Shown: piece after piece, positions 37,513-51,385 of the stretch | Layout: the number at the start of each line of letters is the position of its first letter | Numbering within the stretch: the stretch's first letter is position 1 | NCBI RefSeq assembly: GCF_006345805.1 | Contig: NC_042998.1 | Location: forward strand, 12,834,001 to 12,898,000 | Direction: 5' to 3' | Source: Octopus sinensis | Taxonomy: Eukaryota | Length of the DNA stretch: 64,000 bases | Program-made: the position numbers and the translations under genes | The notes under the pieces: generated by a model | What the model was told of the DNA's origin: nothing | The model's input: the letters and a program-made list of their open reading frames with translations, nothing else | Database searches by the model: none

Positions 37513-37659
37513 CTGATGTATATTTTTCTTTTTTACTTTTTAAATTCATGATTTTCTTTGGCTTAAGACTAGTTTTAACTACGTGTCATCAGATTCGATG
37601 AATCTGCTAAGGCCAAAGCCAAGTAAGCTTATTTGAAAAAAAGATATGATAATAGCATA

Positions 37660-37919
37660 TCTCTATAACTATAAACGGCAAAGTTCCTGTGTATCTGCGT
37701 GTACTTTATAAAATCCAGTTTTTCATGTAAAAGGCTCGCATTTTCTATGGGCTTTCAAAACTGTCTGAGGGTGGTCGTGAAGATCTTTTTATTTCCCCAG
37801 TCACCCCATATTGCCATTAAAAAAATCGATAAACCGACCCCTTATGCCCATACGTTATGGGCATATCCATTCAAAATCACTAAAACAGAAATTTGTACAC
37901 GGTGCGTGCGCACAGCTAG
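37660..37919 (+). mobile_element. Non-autonomous Helitron-like element (260 bp)
   Basis: 5' A|TCtctataactataaa. 3' hairpin CACG-gtg-CGTG 7 nt before a terminal CTAG. Internal perfect stem ATGCCCATA-cgt-TATGGGCAT (37844-37864). The base after CTAG is A rather than the usual T. Confidence 0.5.
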
Positions 37920-40077
37920 ATAAGCCAATAGATTATCAGCTGTTTTTTGACTGGACGGAGATAATTTTACCCTTGACAGTTGAATGCGCGTGCGCATTTG
38001 CAGACAGTCTGTATGACTCAGCACATTTTTGTGTTTTGTGAAGCCGCATTATCATATGTTTTGGCTTTCAAATATGCACGCTTTTTTTACTTGAGAAATG
38101 CAGGGAATAATTAACGAGTTAGACCAAGTGAATGACAAGAGAGCGGGATTTTCATGAAAGACCAAGTATGCTTCACTAGCACTAGACCCGGCAACAACAG
38201 GTCATAATGCTAGTGACACAATAAAAACATGTACTTAAAAATATGATATCCCAACACTTTTATAAACACATTTGTACATAATATGGTATATGTTAAGCTT
38301 ATCATTCATTTAACTGCAACACGCATAACGGTAAGATATACTAACACTACGAAAGATTCTTAATTCTTGGCCCAACTAGAGTAGCTAATTTTACCAAATT
38401 GGATTTGCTATTGTTTATGTTGATTGGCCTTTCGGTTCAAATGTTATATTGTTATATGTGTATGTATTGGTAACTGCATACTATCAGACAAGGAACCACT
38501 ATCTGATCATACGATCTCTCAGGAATTACTGACAAATCTCCCTTAAATATCATTATGATCACTTTAAATATTAGGATTAGATAGACTATTTGAACGAAAG
38601 ACAGGTTAATTATAGAGTCACTGATCTGGAGATAAAACTCCTAACATACGAATGGAAGAATATTTTTACTGGTTGATAGTAATTATTCTTATTCAATAAT
38701 TGTCCCTCCTTTCTAGTTTCTAATACATATGTGCATAAATGTGTAAATGTAAATCTGCGAAATAGTTTTAAAGTCTTTTAAATAGCAGAAAGTAGGCTCT
38801 GGTTCAACATTGCAACTAAATGTATTTCACATTGAAACGCTGCAATTAATCATCTTGAGAAGAGGACAAGACATACCTTATTTATGGTAGCTGTGTGTTG
38901 TCGTAATTTATGTCTTGATTAAAGGTGTACATATAAAGCGTTCATGTTCTGTATCTCTTAATCACGTAACACACGCGTGCGTGCTCACAGACATGCTCAT
39001 ATATATACATACATGTACACACATATAACTGCAGGCACACACACAAACTCACGCACGGACACACACACATACACTTGTATGTGTATAAAGATAAAGGTAA
39101 GCTTGTATGCGTGCGTGTGTTTGTACTCGAGAAGGAATTAAAGAAAGACAAGACGTAAAGGGTGAATGAGGTTTTAGAAATATATTATTGCTATGTCGTA
39201 AATCTATATTCAGTAGTCTCGTGCCATTATTGTCGGATGAGCCTGCAATTTCCATATGTTTCCTGTGCTTTTGGATAGAGGCAGGAAGCACGCAACAAGA
39301 CAGACTAAAATGTCACTATGTGTACATGATAAATGAAATGAATGCTTGGAAAAAAGATAATACCAGCCACACAGTGTATCTGTGTATGTAGCTTATTCTT
39401 AATGTTGTTCAGATATTGTGCCTTATAATTGCCTGACTTATATTCTTTTCTTAACTAGAATGAAGTTTAAGACCATTATAAACTGTTTCCTCGTATTTCG
39501 TAAGATTTGTAGTAAATGTCAGTGGTATTTTATCTGTATATAATTTTAATGTATACCGTAGTTATGATAATGGATCAAATTTTGTTATTCTCTATGTGCG
39601 AAATGATTTCAGCGTTTTATAAACTTTTTCACATACACGTATACACTTGGTCCTTAATCCTAATACGCTCCTCAAACTTTCAGCATTTGCTACGAAGAGG
39701 TTTTATCATGAAGTCAATATGGAATAGAGTTTGTGGTATATAACAGCACAAATATGAACAGACGTACAGCATATGACATTTCCCCATAATTTAATTTATG
39801 GTAGCTTTTTGCTTTAGGTTGCAATACACTAAGCGGAAAGACGAGTTACATGAAGGAAGATTAAAGAATAAAGATTTATGTAAAAATGTTTTACAATTTA
39901 TATTCGTTTGGGTGTAATGAACAAATTCATTATAAAATCGCATTTTAATTGATACATAATAAACTGTGATTGTTTTATACATTTCCTGTCTGCATTGATC
40001 TGATGTATTGCTAAAGAAATATTTAGTTCATTTTACAGATTTAAACCAGGTTTCAATAAAGTCAACCAGCGACACAA

Positions 40078-40470
40078 TCAGCTGACCAACCAGCCAGCCA
40101 ACCAACCAACCAATCAACCAACCAACTAACGAACCAAACAACCAATCAACCAACTAACCATCAACCAACCAACCAACCAACCAACCAACCAACTAACAAG
40201 CCAAACAACCAATCAACCAAGCAACCAACTAACCAATCAACCAACCAATCAATCAACTGACCAACCAACCACTAACAAACAAACAAATCAACCAACCAAC
40301 CAACCAACCAACCAACCAATCAACCAACTGACTAACCATCCGACCAACCAAGCAACCAACTAACCATCCAACGATCCAACCAACCAACTGATCAACCATC
40401 CAACCAACTAACCAACCAACCAATTAAACCGACCAACTATCCAACCAGCCAGCCAACCAACCGACCAACC
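40078..40470. repeat. Degenerate (AACC)n array, about 390 bp
   Basis: Direct reading. Confidence 0.9.
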
Positions 40471-40739
40471 GGACTTTCTGTGTGAGAACGTCTGACTGGT
40501 AACATGAAGCGTACTTTTGCTAATTGATTTAGGTGCGTATGTAGTAGTGAGCACATGCTTATATCCTCTCAACTTGTAAAATGTAATCCAGGGGAGCATC
40601 CAGAATATATGAACAATAAAAAGAGAGTACGTAAATGATTACCCCCAACCGGACTGGATAAAGATATGTCACATTTTAAATTTCTTACATAGCGTCCCAA
40701 AACTTTCTTCTCAGGATTCAGGACACAAAAGTAATTCCT

Positions 40740-40844
40740 TATATATACATGCGAGCAAATAAATATATTCATTTCTGTTTACGTTGCCTCATTAGAACGC
40801 TCTCTCCTACGGCGCTCAGGAAGCCGAGAGCTTTCAAAGTAAGT
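40740..40844 (+). promoter_or_regulatory. Candidate TATA + initiator + short first exon ending in a GTAAGT donor
   Basis: TATATATA at 40740 and TCATTT (A at 40771, 31 nt downstream). AAA|GTAAGT at 40838/40839. Confidence 0.3.
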
Positions 40845-40974
40845 GTAGTTAACGGTAACTAACCTACCTGTCACAGCAAGTTAGTAATATGTACCGGTAC
40901 ATTCAGTGACTGGCCAGTTCGTGTCCGATCAGTCGCAATAAACCTTTCAGTTACCGGTTTCTTTTATATATTTC

Positions 40975-41262
40975 TGTTCCTTCTTGAGGCATTCCTGGCT
41001 CATAAGGGCCAGTTTCCCGGTTTCTGTGGCGTATAGATTCCCCACCTGGACGGGACGCTGTTCCGTCGCAGGTGAGCGGCAAGACGCAGGAGGAAAGAGT
41101 GAGAGAAAGTTGTGAAGAAGGAGTTAGCAGAAGTTCGCCAGTACCTTTTGCCGGAGCCGCGGGGCGCTTAGGTGTTTCACTCATAAACACATACATCGCC
41201 CGGTCTGATTCGAACCTGTGATCCCCCGACCGCGAGTCCGCTGCTCTAACCATGTGCCTCCA
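40975..41262 (-). mobile_element. SINE family B variant, tail type 2-like
   Basis: tttcccggtttctgtggcgtat...gagtgagagaaagttgtg...ccgcgagtccgctgctctaacc. Confidence 0.8.
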
Positions 41263-44149
41263 CATTTATACATTTACAAACAGAGGTTCAAGTTGTCACT
41301 CTTTCATTAGCAGCAGTACTCTCACTGTGTAAGCATCAATTTCCAGCGACTGTAAAACCCCTTCATGGCTCCAAGTGATAAACGAAGGAAATATAAAGCT
41401 GGTTTTAAGCTGAATTAGTAGCATACACCGTCCCACAACTGCACTGCTGCGAGAGAATAAGGTGTAACAGAAATGGTGGTAAGAGTTTGGAGATTAAAGA
41501 CTTTAAAGAAGTATACCCAAGATAAAATGTGCAATGAGAGGAGGCACTGCACACTTGCCGATTCTAGAGAAGCAAGTAGCAGAGATGTTCCGACGGCAGC
41601 AACAAAATGGATAACTGATTACAAAAATAAACAAAGGGCTCACCCGACACCCTTAGCTACGATTTCAGTTTATCCTGGAAATGTTGATCGTGTTGTATTA
41701 ATCAAATAATTGTCAGTTACTTTGTCACATTTATTTCCACCACATATAACTAGGAATCACTTTTTAAGAGTGTTTAATTTTTTCTGTGAAGGCATACACT
41801 AATTTTACATTTTCGCATAATCCGAGTACAGTTTCTACACTCACTTTCGGCCGTCTCAATTTCATTAGCTCGTCTGTATAACAATACTAAATAATTAATG
41901 GGTCAAGCATAAACTTATGTCGTGCGTCCAGCATTAGAAATTATTTAGATTGCTCATATTTCCCAATCAATATTTTAACGAAAGCAGTGACATTAAATAT
42001 TTTTGCAGCGATGATCTTTTCGGAAATGTGAAAAAAACTGAAAAATATTCGAAGTAGCGTTTTCGAAGGACAACATCGAGGGATGAAGGATTCTTTCCAG
42101 AATATAGATGTTGCGGACATTGCACAACTCCATGTTGCATTGACGACATTATTGAAATAGCTCACGCATCTTTGACAGAAACATTGCCAAATTAATATTT
42201 AATCTGCATTCAGTTGAGATATTGACTACAACACACAAATGAAAATATCGTATAATTCGTCTCTACCAGCATGACCATCCTAATTTTCATAATTGCGAAT
42301 GCTCATAATTTATTTTTATTTGCTCTTATATTTATCATGGCCTTAACTTATAAATGCTGTTTACAGTTAATTCTCCTATAAAGGCAACCACATGATGCAT
42401 CCTGTTATTATTGGCTGTTCTCGATCATCATTCGTATTGATTTGAGTTGCAAAAGTCCGATGAGACACTATATTGTGTTTTTCAGATAATGTGCGCCAGG
42501 AAATCCGCGTAAACTGTCTGGGAATTGGGTAGCTTACGCTAACGTATCTGTTAAATTGTATATGTATTTCCACATTGCTCCTCTGCTTTCCTGAAAATTG
42601 GCAAGGCTTTCGTAGTCTTGTGCCTAGCAGCAAAGAATATGGCTATTATTTCGGGAAATGCTACCCACGTTTTTGTAGTCAATATCTATCAAGTGATGAC
42701 AATTCTTAAAATTTGTTTCTTAATAATTCGCACTGTCTCTTATCAACTTTTTCTACCGCTGTTTCTTTGCAGAAACTCATAGGCTATATTATAACAGTTG
42801 TCTTCAGATAAACTTAGCACGTGTTGTTGTCGAGTACTGCATAAGATATTGTTTGTACTGGACGATATATTTAATATTTTTATATGAAAATGCACTTTTA
42901 AAGAAGCTATATTTTTGCTATTAAATAAATCCAACCATGTTTCATTTTGCAAAAATGTAATAAATCATGACTACATTTTTCTTTGTGTTATTGCTTCCAT
43001 GTTTGCAGTTTATAAGTTTTCCAATCCCATCTTCAAAATTTTGTCCTTTGAGAGGAATCGTTTTTGCAAGAATAGCTTCGGAAATAAAGAAATTGGATGG
43101 TCCGGATAACTATGTAAAATAATCGATCAAATATAATTGATTGATGGCTATTTCCTTTCAAATATTGAAAAGGGACGATGTTTCATACTAGAGAAAATGA
43201 AAAAAATAAAATGAAAGGAAAAAATATTGCAAAAATAATTCTTTATTAATGTAGGAGAAATATTGCAGAGCTTAAATTATTAAAATACGAACGAAGTATT
43301 CCAATCATGATTTATGGTGTATTTGGCGTGTTTACATTACATTTTATGAATTTCCATGTAACCTCGAATGCTCTATAAAATCATCTTCAGTGAAATGAAA
43401 TTTTCTTGATTGGAATCACGCTGCGAATATAAAACTCTATGTGAAATATTTAGGAAGTTCTATATATGTAATAGACACATTTTCCTGTAGTGAAAATAAT
43501 TGTGTTAAAGTTTATATAAGTTATATTTCCATGTGCTTTATTCAAACCTCCAGTAAATCAAATGAAAGTGATACTTTAAGGAAAGTAAATGAAAACAAAA
43601 CAAAATAATCTATCTTTCCCACATATATCGTTATTCTTTCAAAACATACTGTTGTGTATTTGACCAATATAAAGAGTTTTTTTTAACTACATACACACGC
43701 ACCACAAACACAGAAATGGATCTTAATTCAACATCATAAAAGTCGCATCGGCTGTTAATCACAAAAAGTATCTGAAATAATTTAAAATTATGACGAATTC
43801 AAGGTCCATCGAAGTGCACAAAAGCACACATTATTAAGGGAATGCTATTACATTATTAAGCAGTATAACAAGGCGCAATGGTTTTTTTAATAAATGCTGC
43901 AAATTATATAATTTAAAAAAATATTCCTCCAATAAATTGGAGAGCGAGAGACCTTGTCTGTCTGTTTATTTCATGTATTATCAAATGTCGTACTTGATTA
44001 TTTGAATATCATTGTGATTTTTCCTATAACACGTAAAAGTTTCAGTATTTTCAGTTCTATAATTTTCATTTCAGTTATTTATACTTGTGTGTGCATGTTT
44101 GTTGACCCATGCATGTGCCATGGTTGTATGTGAGTATATATATATATAT

Positions 44150-44316
44150 AGGCGCAGGAGTGGCTGTGTGGTAAGTAGCTTGTTTACCAACCACATGGTT
44201 CCGGGTTCCGTCCCACTGCGTGGCACCTTGGGCAAGTGTCTTCTACTATAGCCTCGGGCCGACCAAAGCCTTGTGAGTGGATTTGGTAGACGGAAACTGA
44301 AAAGAAGCCCGTCGTA

Positions 44317-44366
<50 letters not shown>

Positions 44367-44599
44367 TGTGAGTGTTTGTGTGTCTGTGTTTGTCCCCCTA
44401 GCGTTGCTTGACAACCGATGCTGGTGTGTTTATGTCCCCGTTACTTAGAGGTTCGGCAAAAAGTGACCGATAGAATAAGTACTGGGCTTACAAAAAAGAA
44501 TGAGTCCCGGGGTCGATTTGCTCGATTAAAAAAGGCGGTGCTCCAGCATGGCCGCAGTCAAATGACTGAAACAAGTAAAAGAGTAAAAGAATAAAAGAG
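44150..44599 (+). mobile_element. SINE family A, full length, with internal microsatellite
   Basis: A box tggctgtgtgg, B box ggttccgggttccgtccc, CORE-like ccttgggcaagt, internal (TA)n(TG)n, (agtaaaag)n tail. Confidence 0.95.
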
Positions 44600-44602
44600 C
44601 AT

Positions 44603-44675
<73 letters not shown>

Positions 44676-45175
44676 ATATCGGACATGATGTATAGAACAG
44701 GAAATATAGAAGAAATCTTTATGTTGATTACAACGTAGTAGCAGTTTTAAAACATTTAGGTTTCAGATGTTTTGGATAATCATGTTGATATATGCACGTA
44801 TAATTGTATATAAACATGTAGATTATACAGATGTATACGCACAACGACCATATACATCGACATTTTAATACACAAAGCAGCATCAATAACCTGTCACCAT
44901 ATATGTATTAGACATATTGGCACCTATATTTCACTTTCATTCAGACACCTAGGCATATGAATATATAACCACACATATAATTATAAAGAACTATAAACAT
45001 ATGCGATATATTTGTGATGTATATACCCTGATGCACAATGGTGTATATATATCAACAAAAATGATCATGGCTCATGAAAGCTAATATCCAACATAGAGTT
45101 CGGTGGTGCCATACATTGATGTCTGAATGCGTAAATGATTAAGCTACATGTATCACTCTCCCTGCTAGTGTATGC

Positions 45176-45210
<35 letters not shown>

Positions 45211-45214
<4 letters not shown>

Positions 45215-45490
45215 CATCATCACCATCGTTTAGCGCCCGATTTCCATCCTACCATGGGTTGGACGATTAGACTGAGGACTGTTGAACCAGACGGCTGCAC
45301 AAGGTTCCAATCTTGATCTGGCAGTTTCTACAGCTGGATGCCCTTCCTAACGCCAGCCACTACGAGAGTGTAGTGAGTGCTTTTATGTGCCACCGGCACG
45401 AAGACCTGTCAGGCGGTACTGGCAACGGCCAGGCTCAAATGGTGTTTCTTTAAGTACCACCAGCACAAGTGCCAGTAACGCGTCGCTTGT
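45211..45490 (-). mobile_element. Interspersed repeat, probable retroposon 3' end with (GAT/GGT)n tail
   Basis: catcatcaccatcgtttagcgccc...ggatgcccttcctaacgcca. Family assignment is recalled, not verified. Confidence 0.45.
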
Positions 45491-45679
45491 AACGATCACA
45501 CACACACACACATATTTGTTTACAGATATACATTCACAAACCATTCATCACATTTATACTAACACATTTCCGAATACCTTTATGCAAGTTCACATAATTT
45601 GTTGGCATAAGTGTGTACGCTTGTACGATACAAATCAAAGGAGTTATGGATAACATACATGCTATACACATACTCACAG

Positions 45680-45862
45680 GCGAATAAAGTTCACATGAAA
45701 CGGAAAATATTAGGCGAGTGGAAATACAGTAGTAATTGCCGGGCGTTGTTCAATAGGGTAACCGGGAAAGTGTGTAGAACAAGTGATGAAGAAAAAGACC
45801 AAGTAGATACAAAATACAAAATATGTAAGGAAATATGCATGAGCAGTGTTCAATGTTGTTAG
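45680..45862 (+). CDS. Candidate terminal exon of a six-cysteine peptide precursor
   Basis: Acceptor catactcacag| then ANKVHMKR-KILGEWKYSSNCRALFNRVTGKVCRTSDEEKDQVDTKYKICKEICMSSVQCC*. Spacing C-x11-C-x16-C-x3-C-x5-CC after a KR site. Confidence 0.3.
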   Translation, partial: ANKVHMKRKILGEWKYSSNCRALFNRVTGKVCRTSDEEKDQVDTKYKICKEICMSSVQCC

Positions 45863-46893
45863 AAATATTCAACATTTAGTAGTCTCTATAGCGTTCTGCG
45901 TTGGCCTACAGAGATTATTTTTGTCTCCTCACAACTGGAGATTGCAATGACATGTCCTTGTAGAAGTATTGTAGTAAATGTTTGTTGAATGTCTTGCAAC
46001 TTCTAAAACCCTGTAATATTGGGTTGGAGAGCGAGTTCGAAGTTCACGTATTCCAGATAAACAAGATTTGGCTGCGAGGAAGATATAATATTTGGTTTCG
46101 TTTTTGTATTGCTCTTCCCTTGATTTACGACTGCTCATATAACGATAGCTTCATCCGAATTGTAGGAAGAACTTTGGGTATAATTATAGAAAACTAAAAA
46201 GGCCAGACTTTCAAAGCAAATGTCCAATTTTAATATTAGAAAACTACTAACGTTAGCTACTTCACAATCTTTTGGTTTTATATTTCTTCATTTCTCATAT
46301 CTTAAAGGTAATATTTAAGATTCTATGATTATTCGGTAAGTGCCGTGAGCTTTTATGATCCGCTGCGCTGATCGAATTACAATAAAATTTAAAATTGAAA
46401 TCACTATTTTTTAATACAGTTGTTCTCTTTTGATAACCTTCTATAAGAAAGATAGCAATGATTGTAAAATACTTTATCTTAAAGGAATCACACGCTAATT
46501 GTACAAAGTATTAGAGATTATATTGCATAGATATTTTGGGGGATTAAGTGTAAGATTAAGATTCATTTCATGCAAAAATATTCAAATTGTGAATACAAAC
46601 AATAAAATAAATCAAAATTATACTGCTAAATTACAAGCGTATATCTGCAGTTTTGAAGTTTGTTTGGAAGATTTTGATGTATATCAACAACCTAAGAAAT
46701 ATTATAATACACGCGATAGTTTGTGTTAAGTTTGCATAAAATATGTAGTACAATAGAAATACATGAAGACTGCATTATTCTATATTAGGCTCATTTTCAA
46801 GAGAGAGAGAAGAAAATAAAAAAATGAACGAGATATAAGCTTTCGTAAGTATTTAAACATCTTGAAATAGTTTCCATGTAGTCAATTTCTAAG

Positions 46894-47120
46894 TGAAGGC
46901 ACAATGGCCCATTGGTTAGGGCAGCGAACTCGTGGTCAGAGGATCGCGGTTTCGATTCCCAGACCGGCTGTTGTGTGTGTTTATTGAGCGAAAACACCTA
47001 AAGCTCCACGAGGTTCCGGATGTCCTGTCCAGCTGGGGGGAAACATACGCCATAGAAACCGGGAAACCGGGCCCATGAGCCTGGCTAGGCTTGAAAAGGG
47101 CGCATAAATAAACAATAAAA
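46894..47120 (+). mobile_element. SINE family B, tail type 2, internally deleted
   Basis: Head tggcccattggttagggcagc...ggtttcgattccc. Tail gaaaccgggaaaccgggcccatgagcctggctaggcttgaaaagggcgcataaataaa. Confidence 0.88.
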
Positions 47121-48164
47121 ATTTCCAAGCAAAATATCATCATAAATAATAAATAATTTTCAAAATAATTAATCTCCATTGTCGAAGTCAACACGTTCTC
47201 AATAGGTTCTTATATTCTAGTTATCACTAAAACTCTGTATATCCCTCATGAATTTGAAATATGAGCAATCAGTAGCATTGCCAAAACAGTAGAGAGATTC
47301 ATCATATAACACGGTGCAAAATTTCCTAGTAAAGTGTCATAATGTTCCTTCATACTGAACAGATTTATGGAAGAAAATATCTAATATTCTTAAGAACTGA
47401 ATAAATGATTATAGACTGTGTTATTTGGATAGTGTGGCAACATGATAGATATTGATACCATTTTCACGTAAGGAAGTGTGTAGCCTGGTTTTACCAAATT
47501 TACCAAATTTTCTCTTGATTCAGAAATTAAAACTGAATAAAACGTATTAATAATTTTATCGTATGGTTGAAAATTTAATTGCCAAATGAGTTTTAATGTT
47601 TGATGCATGGAAAATTCAAGTAGAATGTAAACTTCTGATAATTGATTAATTAAAATAACAGCAAATATTTTGCAATGGAAAGCTGATCAAAGTAAATATA
47701 GTTTGAAATTCTAACCAGCGCAGTTTTCAACTCCCGTAAATTTGCCAAATATGTTTCGACATGATCGATGAACTAGATTAAATTGATGGCTCGGATAACT
47801 TAAATGCATCATACATTATTTGGTTAGTCAGGATAAATGTCCAATGATTTGACGAGTGCTGACTTGTACAAGCTAACCAAAAATGAGAAGCTCTCCAGTT
47901 AGAAAGCTACAGGATATTGGAGCGTGACCGGAATTCAGCTTACACATGAAGTAGGGAAGGAATAACGGAAACATTAATCACGTTTAATTTGAAATGCATT
48001 AATCATTTGAATATTAACACCTATTTAGCAGTTAATGCTATTAAATGAACTATTTAGTTAAATGTTTTAGCGACTTTCTGGAAACTAGCCCAAATCTCCC
48101 ATGATATATATACATTACTTATATTACTAAAGAATTGACATTTCTTAAAGTTACCAAAGACGTC

Positions 48165-48196
<32 letters not shown>

Positions 48197-48681
48197 ATAT
48201 ATGTATATGTATGTATGTATGTATATATATGTGTATGTATGTATGTATAGCTCACTAAGTGAATTGGATTTTGAATTGAAAATTTAAGCTACGTACATGA
48301 ATTATCTGGCGTTGAGAAAATTATAAAGATGTAAATTAGTTTCAAGTTTTGACACAAGGCTTGTAATTTTTGGTGGACGAGGTTAGTCGAATATATTGAC
48401 ACCAGTACATTGGTACATTATTTTCGCGAATCAGAAGGGATGAATTGTGGAGTCGAACTCGGTGGAACTTCAAAAAATAATGTAAATAGTCGTAATAAAG
48501 TGAGCCAATTATTTGGTCCGACGTGCTAAGGATTACGCCAGCTCACCGCCTTAACAGGCATATATATATTTCAATGTGTATAAAGAAAAAGTAAATCATA
48601 ATATTTCTAGAGTTTCTGGCATCGTGAGGGTGGTACATACAATCACACATACACTTGCACAGTATACACACACATACACAA

Positions 48682-48714
<33 letters not shown>

Positions 48715-48756
48715 CATATGCATACATACATACACACACACACACGTATATATTTA

Positions 48757-48816
<60 letters not shown>

Positions 48817-48844
48817 GATGATATTTAAACATTTTGGCACCGGA

Positions 48845-48985
48845 TCAGCAGTTTTTGTGGAGAGGGGAAACCCGATTGCATCGACGCCAGTACTTAACTG
48901 GCACTTATTCTATCGACCTCGAAAGAATGAAAGAGAAAGTCGACCTCGGCAGATTTGGGGCACAGAATGTGAAGACGGACGAAAT
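48845..48985 (-). mobile_element. SINE family C fragment
   Basis: tatcgacctcgaaagaatgaaagagaaagtcgacctcggc. Confidence 0.75.
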
Positions 48986-50203
48986 GGTATTAGCTACTTT
49001 GTTCTGCAACTATATCCGTTTACTTTAGAAAAGCATCTACTGAAAAGCATCTACTGATTTCCAGCCAACCATTTAAAAGTTATTCTTAATAGGTTTTGAG
49101 GCAGAAATGTAAATATCTTACTTTTCTCACCGATATTATTTGAAGAAGATTGTCGATGCTTTTAGGTAAGAATTTATAAGATCTGGATTTCGGTTCTCTG
49201 AGAGAACATGACTTATTGCAAATGCGAAAGTTATATGACACTTAGTTCATGTAATAAGATGTCTCGCTAGCATGGAACTCTCTCGAGCAGTTTCCACTAT
49301 CTCGTATTTAATACATTTACAATAATAGACACCGAATTGAAAATTATGTACATATTACTTAGTGAAATGAAAACATTATTGAAAACATTCCCATTTCCTC
49401 AAATCTTTATTACATATTCATCAATATTTAAAACCGATAACACTAAATTTTCTTATCTGATCTACCTCCAGTAATACAAATCTTTTCACTCTGGCGAACA
49501 AAATAACTTTTATCTAAGCAAGCGAAATATGTTTTAAAATCAATTCTTCGTTATTCAGTTTCTCTTTCATTTCACTTAATAATCTGTGACCAATGGCGCT
49601 TTGATCACAGCTTGTTCTACTAAAAAAAAAAAGAAAATACCCCTTGAATTTTTTTTTTATTACTAAGTCATACTGTGCATCACTTTATACTTAACTTCAT
49701 CCATGCTCTTTCTTGATATTATATTCATTACAGGAAAGTGAATTGTATGATATATGTAATAATTGATTAAGCGAAATGCTTTCATATCTCATTCGAACAG
49801 AAATTCTACAACTATAGTATACATAATGTTGTCATAATGCAGACAGTTTTGAAATTCCATTTAAATATGTGAATAACATCTGTTTTAAGTACTTCTCATT
49901 TATTGAAATTTATTCATAATTTACTCGTTATCGAAAACATTCATTTTTTTTCAGTTCGTCAATTAAGTGTAACGATCACTGTATAAAATATTATTTGGTA
50001 ACATCATTAAATACATCCACAAATACTTGAGTGACCCTTATCCATAATATTGCTATATTTCAAATATTTTAAATCGGACATTTTTGTTTTGGGTTTATGT
50101 AAAATGCTGCCAGCGAAGACCTACCCGAAAACACGTTTTACAAGGAAAAATTACATTTGCTTACTAACCAAAGGACATGGTGATAGTAAGTAGTAGACAT
50201 TAA

Positions 50204-50410
50204 GGCGGTGAACTGGCAGAATCGCTAATACGCAGAGCAAAATATTCAGCTGCATTTTCTTTACGTTCTGAGTTCAAATTTCGCCGAGCCCGACTTTGAT
50301 ATTCATCCTCATGGGGTTGAGAAAATAAGTAACAATTGATCACTGGGGTCGCTGTAATCGTCTAGCTATCGCCTCTGTAGATTCTGGCCTTTTGCCAAAA
50401 TTTGAAACAG
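50204..50410 (+). mobile_element. SINE family C, degenerate
   Basis: ggcggtgaactggcagaatcg...ttacgttctgagttcaaatttcgccgag...cactggggtcg. Confidence 0.8.
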
Positions 50411-51120
50411 ATAACTAAGTGGTATACATTGGGGAATTCCAAAAACAGAAAAACAAACATTCCCCATTGGTTTCACTATCCACCAATCTCAACATCATGC
50501 ATGCGGATTTAATTTGTGTTAATTCGTTCTCAATTTATGATAATTATAATCACATCTTTTGTGACTCATTAGCAAATGCAGCTAGTGGGATATTTTCTCT
50601 CTCACGCTGAGAGGAATTTACAATTTAAGATTTATTGCCTACACTACTCAGTGTGTGCGCATTGCAGTGGCGTATTTAGATGTCTCCGGTGGACGATATG
50701 TTTTCACTATGCAAATTGATATCAGAAATTAACTGGCAACGGATATTCATTATGTAAAATCCAATGTTTAATTATCTATTGGCTTTTAGTGTCGAATACG
50801 AGATCCAGAAGTAGTGAGAAATGGCCCGTGGCTTTCAGCTTCATTTCAAACAACCATCAGATTACAATTCATTCTTAATTATTGAAATTACCCGCTCATT
50901 TATTTATGAAGCGCTAACTAATACCTCTACCATCTTCATTACTCTAAGAGGTAAATTATAATTCATTAAGAATTCATTGTGGATCTTATACAGTACATCC
51001 AAAGTCTCAGTCTATACCATTTTATTAGTTGAATTATTTCTCGAAGTTCAGATAAAAGAAATACAAAGAACGTTGTGCTAAATAGTTGAACCATAAGATG
51101 TTTTGCTAACCTTATGACCC

Positions 51121-51349
51121 TTTACCCTTTTACTCTTTTACTTGTTTAAGTCAGTTGACTGCGGCCATGCTGGAGCACCACCTTTGAATCGAGCAACTGA
51201 CCCCGGCACTTATTCATTTGTAAGCCCAGTACTTATTCTCTTGGTCTCTTTTTGCCGAACCGCTAAGTAACGGGGACATAAACACACCAGCATCTGTTGT
51301 TAAGCAATGCTAGGAGGACAAACACAGACACACAAACACACACACGCAC

Positions 51350-51385
<36 letters not shown>

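Noticed and set aside
41470-41700. GGKSLEIKDFKEVY, resembling a LINE RT C-terminal motif
   Set aside because: A single weak motif among many stops, insufficient for a call.
42060-42195. Cys cluster RRTTSRDEGFFPEYRCCGHCTTPCCIDD on the plus strand
   Set aside because: It is preceded directly by an in-frame stop, has no convincing acceptor or start, and another frame looks equally like a decayed transposase.
42967-43122. Apparent signal peptide MTTFFFVLLLPCLQFISF
   Set aside because: The hydrophobic stretch is better explained as the translation of a polypyrimidine tract ending in ttgcag.
44150-44230. tRNA-like A-box/B-box sequences (also at the heads of families B and C)
   Set aside because: They are SINE heads: no complete cloverleaf, and each continues into the repeat body.
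50560-50720. AP-1 (TGACTCA) and octamer (ATGCAAAT) motifs
   Set aside because: Short motifs expected by chance, with no supporting gene structure.
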